DNA of 64,000 nucleotides from an uncultured Acidobacteriota bacterium (GTDB lineage Bacteria; Acidobacteriota; Thermoanaerobaculia; Gp7-AA8): NCBI GenBank assembly GCA_937870635.1, contig CALMZP010000084.1, positions 5,335 to 69,334 of the forward strand, read 5' to 3'. Shown piece by piece: positions 26,924 to 37,461 of this stretch (position 1 is its first letter; each line of letters starts with the position of its first letter). The notes under the pieces were generated by a model. It saw only the letters and a program-made list of their open reading frames with translations, ran no database searches and was not told where the DNA came from. The position numbers and the translations under genes were made by a program.

Positions 26924-28010
26924 CGTCGGCCTCCACGTCCTCGTCCTCGGGTGGAACCCCGATTGCCTTCGAGTTTTCAGCGATAGCCCATTCCAACTCC
27001 TCGCGCATCTCCGTGTTGTCACGAAGCAGCTTGCGGAAGTTGGCTTCGGTACCGCCCCACTCCTGCCCGTCCGAGTCCTCGTACACGTACCGCGTCGGCT
27101 TCCCGGTTGCGGTGATCAGTCCGTCCAGCACGCCCAGGTGGATGATCTCGTACTCGCGGTCGATCCGGCTGCGCTCGTAGTCGAACAGGAACATCGCTTC
27201 GATTTCAGGCCGCGCCGTCTTTTGCTTCTCCGCACGGACAGCCACCCAATGCCCGACCGGCGTATCGGCCTCCACGATCTTGCCCTTTTTCACCGTCTTG
27301 CGCTTCTTCTTGTTTCGGTCGAGCCGCTTGAACTCGATCCGCACCGATGCGTAATGCTTCAGCGCGCGGCCCCCCGGCGTCGTAGTGCCGCCGTATCCCC
27401 CAACTTTGTCAATCAGTTGGTTCGTCCAAAGGATCAGTGTGTGATCGTTCTGCGATGTCACCCTGCGCAGCATCCGTGACATCATCCTCGCACGGCCAGC
27501 CGTCCGGTCATCGCCTTCCTCGACATCCTTGGCAAGCTCCTCCTGCGGAAGCAGCGCCGCAACCGAGTCCACAAGCACTACGTCGGCTGCCGGGTTTTCA
27601 TCATCGTGCTGAACGAGAAGCATGAGCAGCTTGATGAACTCCTCGGCCGTCTTGGGCCTGCGGATCAGAAGGTTGTCAAGGTCGCCACCGAGGAACTGGA
27701 AATACGCCTCATCGAAAGACCCCTCGGGGTCGATGACAACGCAAACCTCTCCTCGGCTCTGCGCGAGCGCGAGTGTTCTATACGCGACCGTTGACTTGCA
27801 GCCGTGGTAGTCGCCGTATAGCTCGATATGACGGCCTCGGGGAAAGCCGCCCGCCGTTACACGATCGATGACAAGTGAGCCTGACGGAATCCGCTCGATC
27901 TTCCATCGCGGATCGGAGGCGAGGGTCAGTAGCTCGCTGCCCATCTGAGCATTGACCCTCGCCATCACCGCCGATGCGGAGCCGCCTTTCCGAGAGCGCG
28001 ACTTTTTCAC
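26910..28010 (-). CDS. recA: RecA/UvsX recombinase
   Basis: IPSGSLVID, GGFPRGRHIELYGDYHGCKST, VDSVAAL and TTPGGRALKHYASVRI. Confidence 0.95.
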   Translation of the reverse strand: MKKSRSRKGGSASAVMARVNAQMGSELLTLASDPRWKIERIPSGSLVIDRVTAGGFPRGRHIELYGDYHGCKSTVAYRTLALAQSRGEVCVVIDPEGSFDEAYFQFLGGDLDNLLIRRPKTAEEFIKLLMLLVQHDDENPAADVVLVDSVAALLPQEELAKDVEEGDDRTAGRARMMSRMLRRVTSQNDHTLILWTNQLIDKVGGYGGTTTPGGRALKHYASVRIEFKRLDRNKKKRKTVKKGKIVEADTPVGHWVAVRAEKQKTARPEIEAMFLFDYERSRIDREYEIIHLGVLDGLITATGKPTRYVYEDSDGQEWGGTEANFRKLLRDNTEMREELEWAIAENSKAIGVPPEDEDVEADDGEE

Positions 28011-28354
28011 GTCCGACCCGTCCTCGCCTTCTCGCGCCGCAGGTAGCGAACGCGCTTTGCCTGATTCTTCCGGCCCTTGCCTCTGACAACCAGCTTCCGC
28101 TTGTGACGGCGCTCGGCCTTGACCTTCGCCATCGGGCGCTTTGTCACTCCACGCTTCGGAGCAAAGTTGCGCTTGGCGGTCGTCCGCTCGCGGGCAAGCT
28201 GGCGAAGAACCTGGGCCTTCAGGTTTTCAAGCGCGTTCGCGTCCTCCCGATCCCTGTCGGCCTGCTGGCGCTTTCGTAGCGCATCGAGGGTGAACCGATC
28301 TCCGAGTCCACGCAGGCCACTGAGCGGCCCCCTGCGGCCCTGAGAACCCTTCAC
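28007..28354 (-). CDS. hypothetical Arg/Lys-rich protein
   Basis: GGAGG RBS then GTG at 28354; GTGA coupling to recA. Confidence 0.5.
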   Translation of the reverse strand: MKGSQGRRGPLSGLRGLGDRFTLDALRKRQQADRDREDANALENLKAQVLRQLARERTTAKRNFAPKRGVTKRPMAKVKAERRHKRKLVVRGKGRKNQAKRVRYLRREKARTGRT

Positions 28355-28355
28355 C

Positions 28356-28853
28356 CTAGTCCTCCACCGTCTCGGCGTCGGCGGCGTCTCCTGCGGCCTC
28401 CTGCGCGAGCGCATCGGCCTCTGCAAGCTGCGGGTCAGGCTGCTCACGGTCGGCGGCTGCGGCCTCGTCCGGGCCGTCCACGGCGCGCTCGCCGGGTGCA
28501 GACGGTTCGTCCACCGGCAGACCGGCCTCGGCCCGCTCGATGTTCGAGGACTGCGGCATGACAAGCCCGTGGTGCATGGACGGGTCATCGATGCCGTACT
28601 GCGTCGGGTTGAGGTTGATCTGCGTGCCCTTCGGGTTGTCATCGGTACCCACGTACAGCGTCGTCCAGTCGCGGCCGAGCGTCGCCACGGAAAGCTTCAT
28701 GCCAACGATCACTTCATCGGGCATGGGGTACTCGGGATCGAGATTGACAATGCGCGGCCCGCCTTCGAGAACGAGCGCCCACCCATCGCCTTCCGGCTCG
28801 ATGGCCTCGATCTCGCGGCCGTAGTAGAACGTGAGGTTTGGTTCCATTTTCAC
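28356..28853 (-). CDS. hypothetical acidic protein
   Basis: Coupled to the polymerase stop. Confidence 0.65.
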   Translation of the reverse strand: MKMEPNLTFYYGREIEAIEPEGDGWALVLEGGPRIVNLDPEYPMPDEVIVGMKLSVATLGRDWTTLYVGTDDNPKGTQINLNPTQYGIDDPSMHHGLVMPQSSNIERAEAGLPVDEPSAPGERAVDGPDEAAAADREQPDPQLAEADALAQEAAGDAADAETVED

Positions 28854-31800
28854 TTCCTCCTTGCCTGTCGCTTACGCTTGTGTAGAACCGTGAACGCGGC
28901 AACCAGCTTGTCATCCTCCGCGCCAAACACCTGCGGATCGCCCTCGTAACAGCCAGTGACATCGTAGAAGCGGAAGCCCATCGGCCCGTCCGTGTCGAAC
29001 GGTTTACGGATGCTCCCCTCCATGCAGATGACATTCCCCCGGTGCTTCCGAGCGATGAACTTCAGGTACTCCGCTTCCTCCTCCTTGTCCTCGTTCGCCA
29101 TGATATGAAAAGCGATCCCGTTTTCATCCACGGCGAGTAGCAGGTAGGTCTTGACTCGCGCCCAAGAGGACGCCTTCAGCTTCAGTATCTCTTTTTCATC
29201 GAGATCGGGAATCCAGAACATCTTGGACACGCTGGCCCGAGCGTCTGTCAGCGTAGCCCCCGGCTCATACCCCAGGTGCCGCCACGTACCCGAGTCATTC
29301 CGCCGCTTGCGAGTGTGTTCGGGCTTGCACCCGACCATCGCCCTCGGCTTGTCAAGCAAGAACTTCAGGAGCTTGAACTGCTCCGTGTCATCCTGAACGC
29401 CCTGGATTCCGAACGATGAAAACGCACCTACAGCCGCGAGGTTGTTGATCGTCGTCACCTTGACAGCCTGCGACGGGGTACGCGCCTTCAAGTCCTCCAC
29501 CGACGAGAACGGTTGACCGGCAAGGATGGCACGCATCGCCACCGGCCCGACCCCATCGATAGCTGACAATCCCACCCTGATCTGCTTGTCCTTCTCGCCC
29601 TTCGAGAAGCCGCCCGTAGACAGGTTGATGTCAGGCGGCAGGATGCGGTACCCATGCGCTCGGGCATCCGCGATATAACGTCCCTTTTCAGGGTACGTGT
29701 CGAGCAGCGCCACGTAGTAGTTGTGTTCGTGATGGCATTTCAGGTGCGCCGCCTGCACCGCGAGCTTCCCGTAGCTCGTCGCATGTCCACGGTTGAAGCC
29801 GTAGCCCTGGAAGGATTCCATGTAGGTGTCCCAGGTCGCTTCGGCTTCAGCCCTGGACATCCGTTCGCTGGCTCGCTTGACAAACTTCGGCTTGATCTTG
29901 GCGAACGCTTCCTTGGCCCCACGGCCGACGCCCTTGGCGAGCTTGATCGCATCGAGGAGTTCCTGTACCTCGTTGTGATCGAAGCCGATGGCATAGCCGA
30001 GATCGAGAATCTGCTCCTGAAAAATCGGCATCCCCATCGTCTCGCCAAGCACCTTCTCCGCGATCTCATGCGGGTAGGTGACATCCTCCTCGCCCTTCCG
30101 TCTCTTGTTGTAGACCTTGTGATACCCCGGCCTTGTCAGCGACGGACGGTAGATGGCGACAGTGGCGATGACGCCATGCACGTTTTCAGGCTCAACCTCG
30201 ATGCAGCCCTGCCGGTTAGTCTTTCCCTGGATCGTGAAGATGCCCTCTGTGTCACCGGCGCGGATCATCTCGAACGTCTCAGGGTCGTCCAGCGGGATCG
30301 ACTCCAAGTCGAGCGGGTTCATTCCTGACATGGCGAGCGTCTTGGAGATGACCGTCAGCATTTTCAGTCGGAGGAAGTCGCCCTTGTTGAACCCGAACTC
30401 CAAAGCCTGCTTGTAGTCGTACTGACTGACAAGCTGGCCGGACGACGCAATCAGGTAGCGGGGCACCCACTCACGGAGCGGGCGATCCTTCGTGCCGAAC
30501 ACCCACCCGCAGGCGTGCTGGCCGACGCTCTTGATGTTGTCAAACACGCCGGATGCAAGCTCGTAGATGTCAGGGTACTCCTCCTTCAGCGCCGTCCAGA
30601 TGTCCTCCTCCTCGTCTACGAGGCCCGAGTCGATCATCTGCGGGAGCAAGCCTGCGATTTCATCCTGCGCCTCCTTCGAGATGCCGAGGCTTTCCGCCAC
30701 CATGCGGAACGTCGAGCGGTTCGCCAGCGTCCCGTAGTTGCACAGAAGGATCAGGTTGTCATCGCCCTCGCGCTCCGAAACGTAGTCCTTCACGTACTGC
30801 ATGAAGTCCTCGTAGCGGTCGTACTGGATGTCGATGTCGATGTCAGGCAGCTTCTTTCGCTCCGGGTTCACGAACCGCTCGAATGTCAGCTTGTATTCGA
30901 GCGAGTCGATGTTGTGAATGCCCAGGCAATAACAGAGCAGCGAGTTGGCCGCTGACCCTCGGGTATTTGTCAGGATGCCTTCGCGCCGTGCGGCTGCGAT
31001 GAAATCAGACATCATGAGCAGGTAATCGAGGAAGTCGCCCATCGAACGAAGCTCATGCTCGATCCGCGCGTTCACTACCTCGTCGCCATGCTTGGCCCTA
31101 AGCCTTTTCACCCGCGTCTTTATCCGAGTGCGAACCTCGTCCAGCTTGTCGGTGTATCCCGAGTCCGGGATCGAGTACGAAAAGTTGTCAAGGGGGTCGA
31201 GCCGAATGTCGGCTTCGGCCACGATGTCGAGCAGGTTTTCACACGCGCCCGCAGCCCAAGGGGTCTTGTCCTCTAGCTCCTCCATCGACTGCATGAAGTT
31301 CCGCCAGTAGATGTAGCCCTTGACAGGATCGAGCTTTTCATTCGTTGCCTCGTCCTTGGCCCACCTGTTCAGCTTCGAGGCAAGCATGGCGATGTGCGCC
31401 TTGCGCTGTTCCCGATCCTGATAGTGCGAGTCGTTTGTCAGTACGAGAGGCGTGCCGGTGATCTCGGCCACAAGCGCGAGGCTTTTCATGACAGCCCGCT
31501 CATGCGTGACCATCTCCTCCCACCGCGCGTACTCACGGCCGAACAGGCGCTCGTCGTAATGGTTCTGAATCTCGATGTAGAAGTGCGGCCACACCGTTTT
31601 CATTGCCTCGACGTAGGCGATGGCCGCTTGCGCGCCGTTGCCGTTCATCGAGTGAACGGTCTGACAAAGCTCGCCGCCCATGCAGCCCGACAATACGACG
31701 TTGTGATGCAGCGGGTAGGGTGCATGGTCGATCATCGCTTCGACCGAGATGCGAGGCTTGTGGTAGAAGTTTTCACGCTGCATCGCAAAGCTCGTCCACG

Positions 31801-32218
31801 CAACGAGGTTGTGATACCCCTCGCGTGACAACGCCAGCACCGTCAAGTGGTGCGATGCGCTGCGATACTCCTTGTCCTGAAGGCCCAGGATTTCATCGGG
31901 CACCACGTACATCTCGCATCCGATGATCGGCTTCACCTTTTTGTCACGGCAAGCCTGGTAGAAGGCGGGCGCGCTGCCCATCCAACCATGTTCGGTCAGA
32001 CAGGCAGCGCCCCACCCTAGCTCGACGGCGCGCTCGACAACGCTCTTGGGACTCCCGAACCCGTCCAGCACCGAGAACGTGGAGTGACAATGTAGGTCAG
32101 GGGCGTTTCGACGTGCCGTCTTTCGCATCGCTACTCCTTGGAGGCCAGGTCGGGGATTTTCACAGCGTTGCTTGTACCGAGCGTCCTCCTTCAGCGCGAA
32201 TCCGAAGCTGTAGCTCAT
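28850..32218 (-). CDS. dnaE: DNA polymerase III alpha subunit (family C)
   Basis: PHP motifs LHCHSTFSVLDG and TNDSHY; RGSAANSL, FERFVNPER, LPDIDID, GYGFNRGHA. Alternative start at 32128. Confidence 0.97.
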   Translation of the reverse strand: MSYSFGFALKEDARYKQRCENPRPGLQGVAMRKTARRNAPDLHCHSTFSVLDGFGSPKSVVERAVELGWGAACLTEHGWMGSAPAFYQACRDKKVKPIIGCEMYVVPDEILGLQDKEYRSASHHLTVLALSREGYHNLVAWTSFAMQRENFYHKPRISVEAMIDHAPYPLHHNVVLSGCMGGELCQTVHSMNGNGAQAAIAYVEAMKTVWPHFYIEIQNHYDERLFGREYARWEEMVTHERAVMKSLALVAEITGTPLVLTNDSHYQDREQRKAHIAMLASKLNRWAKDEATNEKLDPVKGYIYWRNFMQSMEELEDKTPWAAGACENLLDIVAEADIRLDPLDNFSYSIPDSGYTDKLDEVRTRIKTRVKRLRAKHGDEVVNARIEHELRSMGDFLDYLLMMSDFIAAARREGILTNTRGSAANSLLCYCLGIHNIDSLEYKLTFERFVNPERKKLPDIDIDIQYDRYEDFMQYVKDYVSEREGDDNLILLCNYGTLANRSTFRMVAESLGISKEAQDEIAGLLPQMIDSGLVDEEEDIWTALKEEYPDIYELASGVFDNIKSVGQHACGWVFGTKDRPLREWVPRYLIASSGQLVSQYDYKQALEFGFNKGDFLRLKMLTVISKTLAMSGMNPLDLESIPLDDPETFEMIRAGDTEGIFTIQGKTNRQGCIEVEPENVHGVIATVAIYRPSLTRPGYHKVYNKRRKGEEDVTYPHEIAEKVLGETMGMPIFQEQILDLGYAIGFDHNEVQELLDAIKLAKGVGRGAKEAFAKIKPKFVKRASERMSRAEAEATWDTYMESFQGYGFNRGHATSYGKLAVQAAHLKCHHEHNYYVALLDTYPEKGRYIADARAHGYRILPPDINLSTGGFSKGEKDKQIRVGLSAIDGVGPVAMRAILAGQPFSSVEDLKARTPSQAVKVTTINNLAAVGAFSSFGIQGVQDDTEQFKLLKFLLDKPRAMVGCKPEHTRKRRNDSGTWRHLGYEPGATLTDARASVSKMFWIPDLDEKEILKLKASSWARVKTYLLLAVDENGIAFHIMANEDKEEEAEYLKFIARKHRGNVICMEGSIRKPFDTDGPMGFRFYDVTGCYEGDPQVFGAEDDKLVAAFTVLHKRKRQARRK

Positions 32219-32230
32219 TGTCAGTCCTCC

Positions 32231-32710
32231 TTACTTCTTCTTCTTGGCAGACGACTTCTTGCCCGACGACTTGCCCTGCGACTTCACGCGAGCGGCCTTC
32301 TGCTCCTCGGCCTCGCGTGCTGCGGCCCGCTCTGCGGCCTTCTTCTGCCGCTCCTTGGCCTCCTTGACAAGCCGCTTGCCCACCGGCGAGTCGAGATCGG
32401 GGAGCGCGTCCTTCACGGACGTTCCCACCGTGGCCTTCACGCGGAGCTTGGCAGGCTGCGGATCGGCCCACTTCTCCTCGCCGGGATTGTCACGATCCGG
32501 CACCTTGCGCTTCGGCTTCGCGGGCACGCCGCTCGGGTTGATCGTCACGATCTTGAAAAGGGGAACCTTCAGCCCCTCCTCGATGACCTCCTCGACCACG
32601 GCACGCAGCGAAGCAACGAAGTCCTGAGCGTTCTTCTTCGGAATGCGAAGCTCGTCCTCCATCGTTTCGAGCGTGCGGTCAAGAAGCTGGCTCTGTGTAA
32701 TGCTTGCCAT
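32231..32710 (-). CDS. HU/IHF-like DNA-binding protein with basic tail
   Basis: HU-like layout (KKNAQDFVASL...KVPLFKIVT...RKVPDRDNPGEE...KLRVKA) plus Lys-rich tail. Confidence 0.7.
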   Translation of the reverse strand: MASITQSQLLDRTLETMEDELRIPKKNAQDFVASLRAVVEEVIEEGLKVPLFKIVTINPSGVPAKPKRKVPDRDNPGEEKWADPQPAKLRVKATVGTSVKDALPDLDSPVGKRLVKEAKERQKKAAERAAAREAEEQKAARVKSQGKSSGKKSSAKKKK

Positions 32711-32809
32711 ATTTTTCACCCGCCCTTTCAGTCGCGGTTGAGTGGGTGATCTGCGGGCAACGAGTGAACCCGAAGCCCGCAGAACCCACAGGGAGGTAGC
32801 CTTTTCAGG

Positions 32810-34006
32810 CTACTTCTTTTTCTTCCCTCCGGCCTTCTTGCCACCGGACTTCTTGCCGGACTTCCCGACCGGCTCGGGAAAGACAGACGCGAGCATGTCG
32901 TCGTCATCGTCCTTCGCGGCCGAGATCGTCACCTGCTGGCCCTCCTCGAAGTCGGAGATGTCAAGCTCCGACCAGTCGCGGCCGTTGTCATCCTCACCGG
33001 CATCGAGGAAGAACAGATCGAACTCCGTCCCGTCCTCCATCTCCACGGTCAGGGTGTCCTCGTCCGTGTTGACGGCCTTGATCGTGACAACCTCGCTGTC
33101 CACGGAGTCGGGCACTTCGCCCTCACCATCCGGGTCGTCCTCGGTCGCCTCCTCGGCCTCGGACACCACGAAGTCGCCATCCTCGTCCTTCTCGAAGCTG
33201 ACAACCAGCTTGGTGCCCTTGCCGTAGTCGGTGAGATCGACCTCATCGGTGCCGTAGATGTCGAACTCGTCCGACTCGCCCGCCGTCACGGTGAGGATGT
33301 TGTCCTTCTTCTTCAGCTTGACAACCTCGACCGTCAGACCCTCGCCCTCTGGCTCCTCCTCCGGTTCCTCGTCGGCGGGCTTGCCCTTCTTGGCCGACGA
33401 CTTCCCGCTGGACTTGCCCGAGGACTTCTTCTCCTTCTTGTCCTCGTTGTCATCCTCGTCGGGGTCGTCCTCCTCCAAGGCGCTCGCGGCATCGACTTCC
33501 TTCAGGGCGCGACGCATCTGCTTGGTGGCGATGTCCTCCAAGTAGTCGTCGTCGATCTCCTTCAGCGCCTTGTTGAGTTCCGTCTTTGTCAGCTTCTCCT
33601 TCTTGTCACGAATCGAGAACTGCCCGTTCCCCTCCATCTTCGTGATCTTGAAAAGCTGGCCGAGGACGTTGTCACCCTCGGACACCATCTCGCGGAACTC
33701 CTCCGCGACGTAGTAGTTCATGTTGAACACCTTGATCTCCCCATCGACCAGCCACAGCGTCTTGGCGCGAGTGGAGGGGTTGTCACCCTCCTCGCACAGC
33801 GGGCAGTCGTCGCCGGGGCACGGGCAGTACCCGGTGGCGGGGGTGTAATGCTCGAAGTATTCGTAGTAGCCGGGGTTGTCACTCAACTCCGGGTCGGGCA
33901 AGAACAGCGCGTTGCCCGTGAATGAGTCCTTCACCTTTTTCAGCGTGATGAACCCACCACGGCCTGCGTTCCGATCCTCGTTGGAGCGGACGCGACGAGG
34001 CTTCAT
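32810..34006 (-). CDS. gp32-like single-stranded DNA-binding protein with acidic repeated domains
   Basis: EHY...CPCPGDDCPLCEEG zinc site, very acidic C-terminal half; next to primase. Confidence 0.7.
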   Translation of the reverse strand: MKPRRVRSNEDRNAGRGGFITLKKVKDSFTGNALFLPDPELSDNPGYYEYFEHYTPATGYCPCPGDDCPLCEEGDNPSTRAKTLWLVDGEIKVFNMNYYVAEEFREMVSEGDNVLGQLFKITKMEGNGQFSIRDKKEKLTKTELNKALKEIDDDYLEDIATKQMRRALKEVDAASALEEDDPDEDDNEDKKEKKSSGKSSGKSSAKKGKPADEEPEEEPEGEGLTVEVVKLKKKDNILTVTAGESDEFDIYGTDEVDLTDYGKGTKLVVSFEKDEDGDFVVSEAEEATEDDPDGEGEVPDSVDSEVVTIKAVNTDEDTLTVEMEDGTEFDLFFLDAGEDDNGRDWSELDISDFEEGQQVTISAAKDDDDDMLASVFPEPVGKSGKKSGGKKAGGKKKK

Positions 34007-34010
34007 CGTG

Positions 34011-35060
34011 TTAGCCAAGAGCCACCTTCCTTTCACGTTTCGGGCTTTTCACCTTCGGACTTACTCCACGCTCCCGCAACCTCCGCTTGAACGCGGTCAT
34101 CGACAATGCCGTGTCGATAGCGTGACTCGCCTCCTTCCTTGTCAGTTCTGCCGGGTCTGCTTTGCCTTTCGGGTACAGGCAAACGAATAGCGGACACTTT
34201 GTCAGTTTCGAGGCAGCGAGTTCGGTGTTCCTGATCCCCGCGCCGTCTTTGTCGAACATGAAAAAGATTCGGCGGGGTCGAAGTGACCGAATGATCTGCG
34301 CCTGCCTGTCTGACAAACCTGTTCCGAGAATCGCCGTGGCCTGGATGCCCATTCCCTGCAACCGGATCGCGTCGAGCGAGCCTTCGCAAAGAACGAGGCC
34401 GTGAGAGGATACCTGCTTCCTGTCGAGCTTGCAAGCCCCGAATAGCAGGGCCGTCTTGACGGCACCCTCGGGCCAGTAGAGGTACTTCGGCCAGTCCTTC
34501 GAGCGGATCGCCCGCTTGATCAGGAACCGGCTGATCCCGCGCTCGTCGTCGGCGGGAATGACAATCCGTCGTTCATCCGCGTCCCACCCAAGCCCCCACG
34601 TGGAGATCGCTGCTGCGTCGATCCCTCGCGCTGACAGGTATTCAAGTGCAACAGGAGGCAGGTAGGTAGAAAAGTCGTCCAACCGAGCGACCGCGTTTTC
34701 ATCACGATCTCCGATGGCGGCTCGTCTAACGCGGCCATCAGCGCCCCGAGACTTCCGCTTGGAGCCAGGCCCAAGTGAGACTCGCGTGTGCTGAACGATG
34801 ACCTTGCGAGCTTCTTTTTCACTGATCCCCTTGACTAGCGCGATGGCCTTCTCGTAGGTGCCCGAGATGCCGCACAGCGCGAAGCAATGCACCAACGGCT
34901 TTTCGAGGTTGATCTGAAAATGCTTCTTGGTCGATCCATGATCGGGGTTCGGGCACACAACGAGGGGCGCAAACCCGCCTGACAGATCAGCGTTGGGCGG
35001 GAAGTCAACGAACTCCTCCCACAACGCAACCGCGTCCAACTTTCGCCCACGGTAATTCAT
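34011..35060 (-). CDS. dnaG: DNA primase (Zn finger + TOPRIM)
   Basis: CPNPDH..HCFALC, KYLY, LCEGSLDA and MFDKDGAG. Confidence 0.9.
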   Translation of the reverse strand: MNYRGRKLDAVALWEEFVDFPPNADLSGGFAPLVVCPNPDHGSTKKHFQINLEKPLVHCFALCGISGTYEKAIALVKGISEKEARKVIVQHTRVSLGPGSKRKSRGADGRVRRAAIGDRDENAVARLDDFSTYLPPVALEYLSARGIDAAAISTWGLGWDADERRIVIPADDERGISRFLIKRAIRSKDWPKYLYWPEGAVKTALLFGACKLDRKQVSSHGLVLCEGSLDAIRLQGMGIQATAILGTGLSDRQAQIIRSLRPRRIFFMFDKDGAGIRNTELAASKLTKCPLFVCLYPKGKADPAELTRKEASHAIDTALSMTAFKRRLRERGVSPKVKSPKRERKVALG

Positions 35061-35497
35061 GATGCCCTAAGAAGCCTAAGCTGATTGACAAACCCCATGC
35101 GCCGTTCAAGTTCAGCACTAGGAGTTATCCGACCACGCCCACCCGATTTTTCAGACTGAATCGTATTCGCATACTCCAACAGCAACTCAGCCTGTGCCAG
35201 TTTTTCACCTACAAGGTACTCGCAAATGATCGGGAGGAAATCACGCATCGCGTTTGCCCCTTCAAGACTCCAACGCCAGCACGCTCGGTGAGGGCCATGA
35301 GCCGGTGATTGGCTTAGGCTCCCACCGAACATGTGACGTAGACGCACCAAGGGGGCATTGTCAACCTGTCCCGCCGATACCGAAGGCTTGAAAATACGAC
35401 CATGTGAAACAGTGATCGTAAAGCATCCTTCGCCATCGAGGAACCCTGCCGCCCATGCGACCGCCACAGGATCGAGCTTGCGCCCCCGGTAGTTCAC
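35057..35497 (-). mobile_element. free-standing LAGLIDADG homing endonuclease carrying the original primase N-terminus
   Basis: WAAGFLDGEGC motif; begins MNYRGRKLD like the downstream primase. Confidence 0.92.
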
Positions 35498-35826
35498 AGG
35501 CCGACCGTCCTTAGCACCATCTCGTCGGACTTGACTGACATATTCTGCGCCAGCGCAAGCTCACGGTGGTACTCCATTAGTTCGCGTCCCTCCTCCGGGT
35601 CATGTGCGAAGTGCTTGCCGCGCGGCCCGATGTCAGGACGTGCCCCAACAAACGCCACGGCAGGCCCATCGTCGTCGTAGCTCTCCCGCCCGATGACGAA
35701 GTGCTGCGGGTCACGATTGTCAGGGCGAAGGCCGTTGTCTACCGGCTCCCAGTCCGACTTAGCGTCGGGATCGACCCCGAGCATCGGCAGATCGCGGTGT
35801 CGGTCGTGGCCCTTCCACTGACTCAT
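35494..35826 (-). CDS. hypothetical protein
   Basis: Coupled ORF. Confidence 0.6.
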   Translation of the reverse strand: MSQWKGHDRHRDLPMLGVDPDAKSDWEPVDNGLRPDNRDPQHFVIGRESYDDDGPAVAFVGARPDIGPRGKHFAHDPEEGRELMEYHRELALAQNMSVKSDEMVLRTVGL

Positions 35827-36081
35827 TGTCAGATGACCCTCCGGTATTCCTTCGTGCCACGCTCGTTCCGAGGATCGCCCACGTGGATTTCAACCTCGGT
35901 CTGAAGCTGGCCGCTCTCACGCCGAGACAGGCGCTCGACACCCTGCGGCCCACCGCCCTTGGACGAGAGGATTGTCACACCGCTCCCTTCCTGGCCCTGA
36001 TCCTGCGGGTTGCTCACCTTCGACTCGTTGTTGCGCCCGCTCGGCGCACGCCGCGAGTAACCCTTCACGTTCACCTTCTTG

Positions 36082-37461
36082 TCATCCACGAACTGCCTCC
36101 TTCCTTCCCGTCCGCTTTTTTGGACGAGTCGCATTGTCAACGATCTCCTTCAACTCGGCGTCATCCTCATCGAAGTCATCGTCCTTGCCGTTCATGTAAC
36201 TCCCGGTCGGTGCATCGATTTCACGCATGACGCCCGTGTTCGGGTGGAACTGTACCTCGAACTTGAAATCGTGACCAAACCGGCTCTTGGAGCAGCGAAG
36301 GATCATCCGCTTCTCCTCAGACATGTTTTTCACCCCGATGACATGATCCGCCTCTTGGATCGGCACGTCGGAGTTGAATGACGAGTCCTTGTGTGGCGCG
36401 TCCTCCCTCTGCGTCTGTTGCCGGTGTGCCTGGTTTGTCACGACAATGGGGATGTTGAACGCCTCGGCCATGTCCTGAATCGCGTCCGAGATGTCTGACA
36501 ATTCCTCGATCCGCGACTTCCTGTGTTTCGAGGCATGGAGCTTGTAGATCGGATCGATGATGACAAGATCGGGTGCCACGTCCGCGATCTTGGCCTCGAT
36601 GAAGCTCGGCGTCATCCGCGTTCGGCGGTGCGTGTTTGTCATCAACACGATCTCGCCGCACTCCCCCTCCATCCACTCCATGAACCGCTTGTACGTTTTC
36701 ATGTTGTACCCGACGCCACGCATCAGCGCCCGGTTGCGGAAGGAGTGTTCGAGGCCCAAGGACTTTTTCACTTGGGGGTACGCCGAGAGGAGTGTGTGAA
36801 TCCGGCACAGATGCTCACGCCGGTTCATCTCGGGTGAAAACATCAGCACCCGATACTTCTCGAAGATCGAGTGGGCTGCGAACTTCGCCGTGAGGAACGA
36901 CTTGCCCTCACCTGGCCGACCGAGACAGACAATCATCCGGCCGTCTACGAGTCCGTCCCAATGATGATCGATCCATTCGAGGCCAGTGGGGATGCCTGGC
37001 GGCGTGCCCGCCTTCCTGAGCTTGCGAATCGCCTGCTGCTCCTCGTAGTGATCGCGCCACCCACTGACAAGCGAATGGTCGCTGACGGGAGCATGGGCAC
37101 GGGTGATCTGAGAGAGGATGTCGCGTGCCGCCTGAGCTTTGTCAACGGCGTTCTCGACTTCCAACTCCTCACCAAGCGTATCGAGCAGCGCATTGATCTC
37201 GGTGAAGGCCCGTTCGTTTTTCAGGTCAGGCAGTAGGTCTTGCAGGCGCTCGTCCACCGGAAGCATCTCGAAGTCCGGGAACTTGCGCATGAAAAGCCGA
37301 CGGGAGATCGGCAACCGGCGTGTCGCCCGATCCTCGATCCACTGGAACTCCTCCTCACAGGTGACAAAATCCTGCACGGAGACACCGGCCTGGTAGAGCT
37401 TGCGTAGACCCCCGACCCCTTCGTGGACTACCGCAGCGATGACATGGGCCTCGACGCTCAC
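36082..37461 (-). CDS. dnaB: DnaB-like replicative helicase
   Basis: GIPTG, GRPGEGKS, SPEM, IIDPI and IQEADHV. Confidence 0.92.
   Translation of the reverse strand: MSVEAHVIAAVVHEGVGGLRKLYQAGVSVQDFVTCEEEFQWIEDRATRRLPISRRLFMRKFPDFEMLPVDERLQDLLPDLKNERAFTEINALLDTLGEELEVENAVDKAQAARDILSQITRAHAPVSDHSLVSGWRDHYEEQQAIRKLRKAGTPPGIPTGLEWIDHHWDGLVDGRMIVCLGRPGEGKSFLTAKFAAHSIFEKYRVLMFSPEMNRREHLCRIHTLLSAYPQVKKSLGLEHSFRNRALMRGVGYNMKTYKRFMEWMEGECGEIVLMTNTHRRTRMTPSFIEAKIADVAPDLVIIDPIYKLHASKHRKSRIEELSDISDAIQDMAEAFNIPIVVTNQAHRQQTQREDAPHKDSSFNSDVPIQEADHVIGVKNMSEEKRMILRCSKSRFGHDFKFEVQFHPNTGVMREIDAPTGSYMNGKDDDFDEDDAELKEIVDNATRPKKRTGRKEAVRG

Noticed and set aside
28850-32218. Intein in DnaE (also checked RecA, DnaB, TerL)
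   Set aside because: Lengths and motif spacing are normal; no intein motifs seen.
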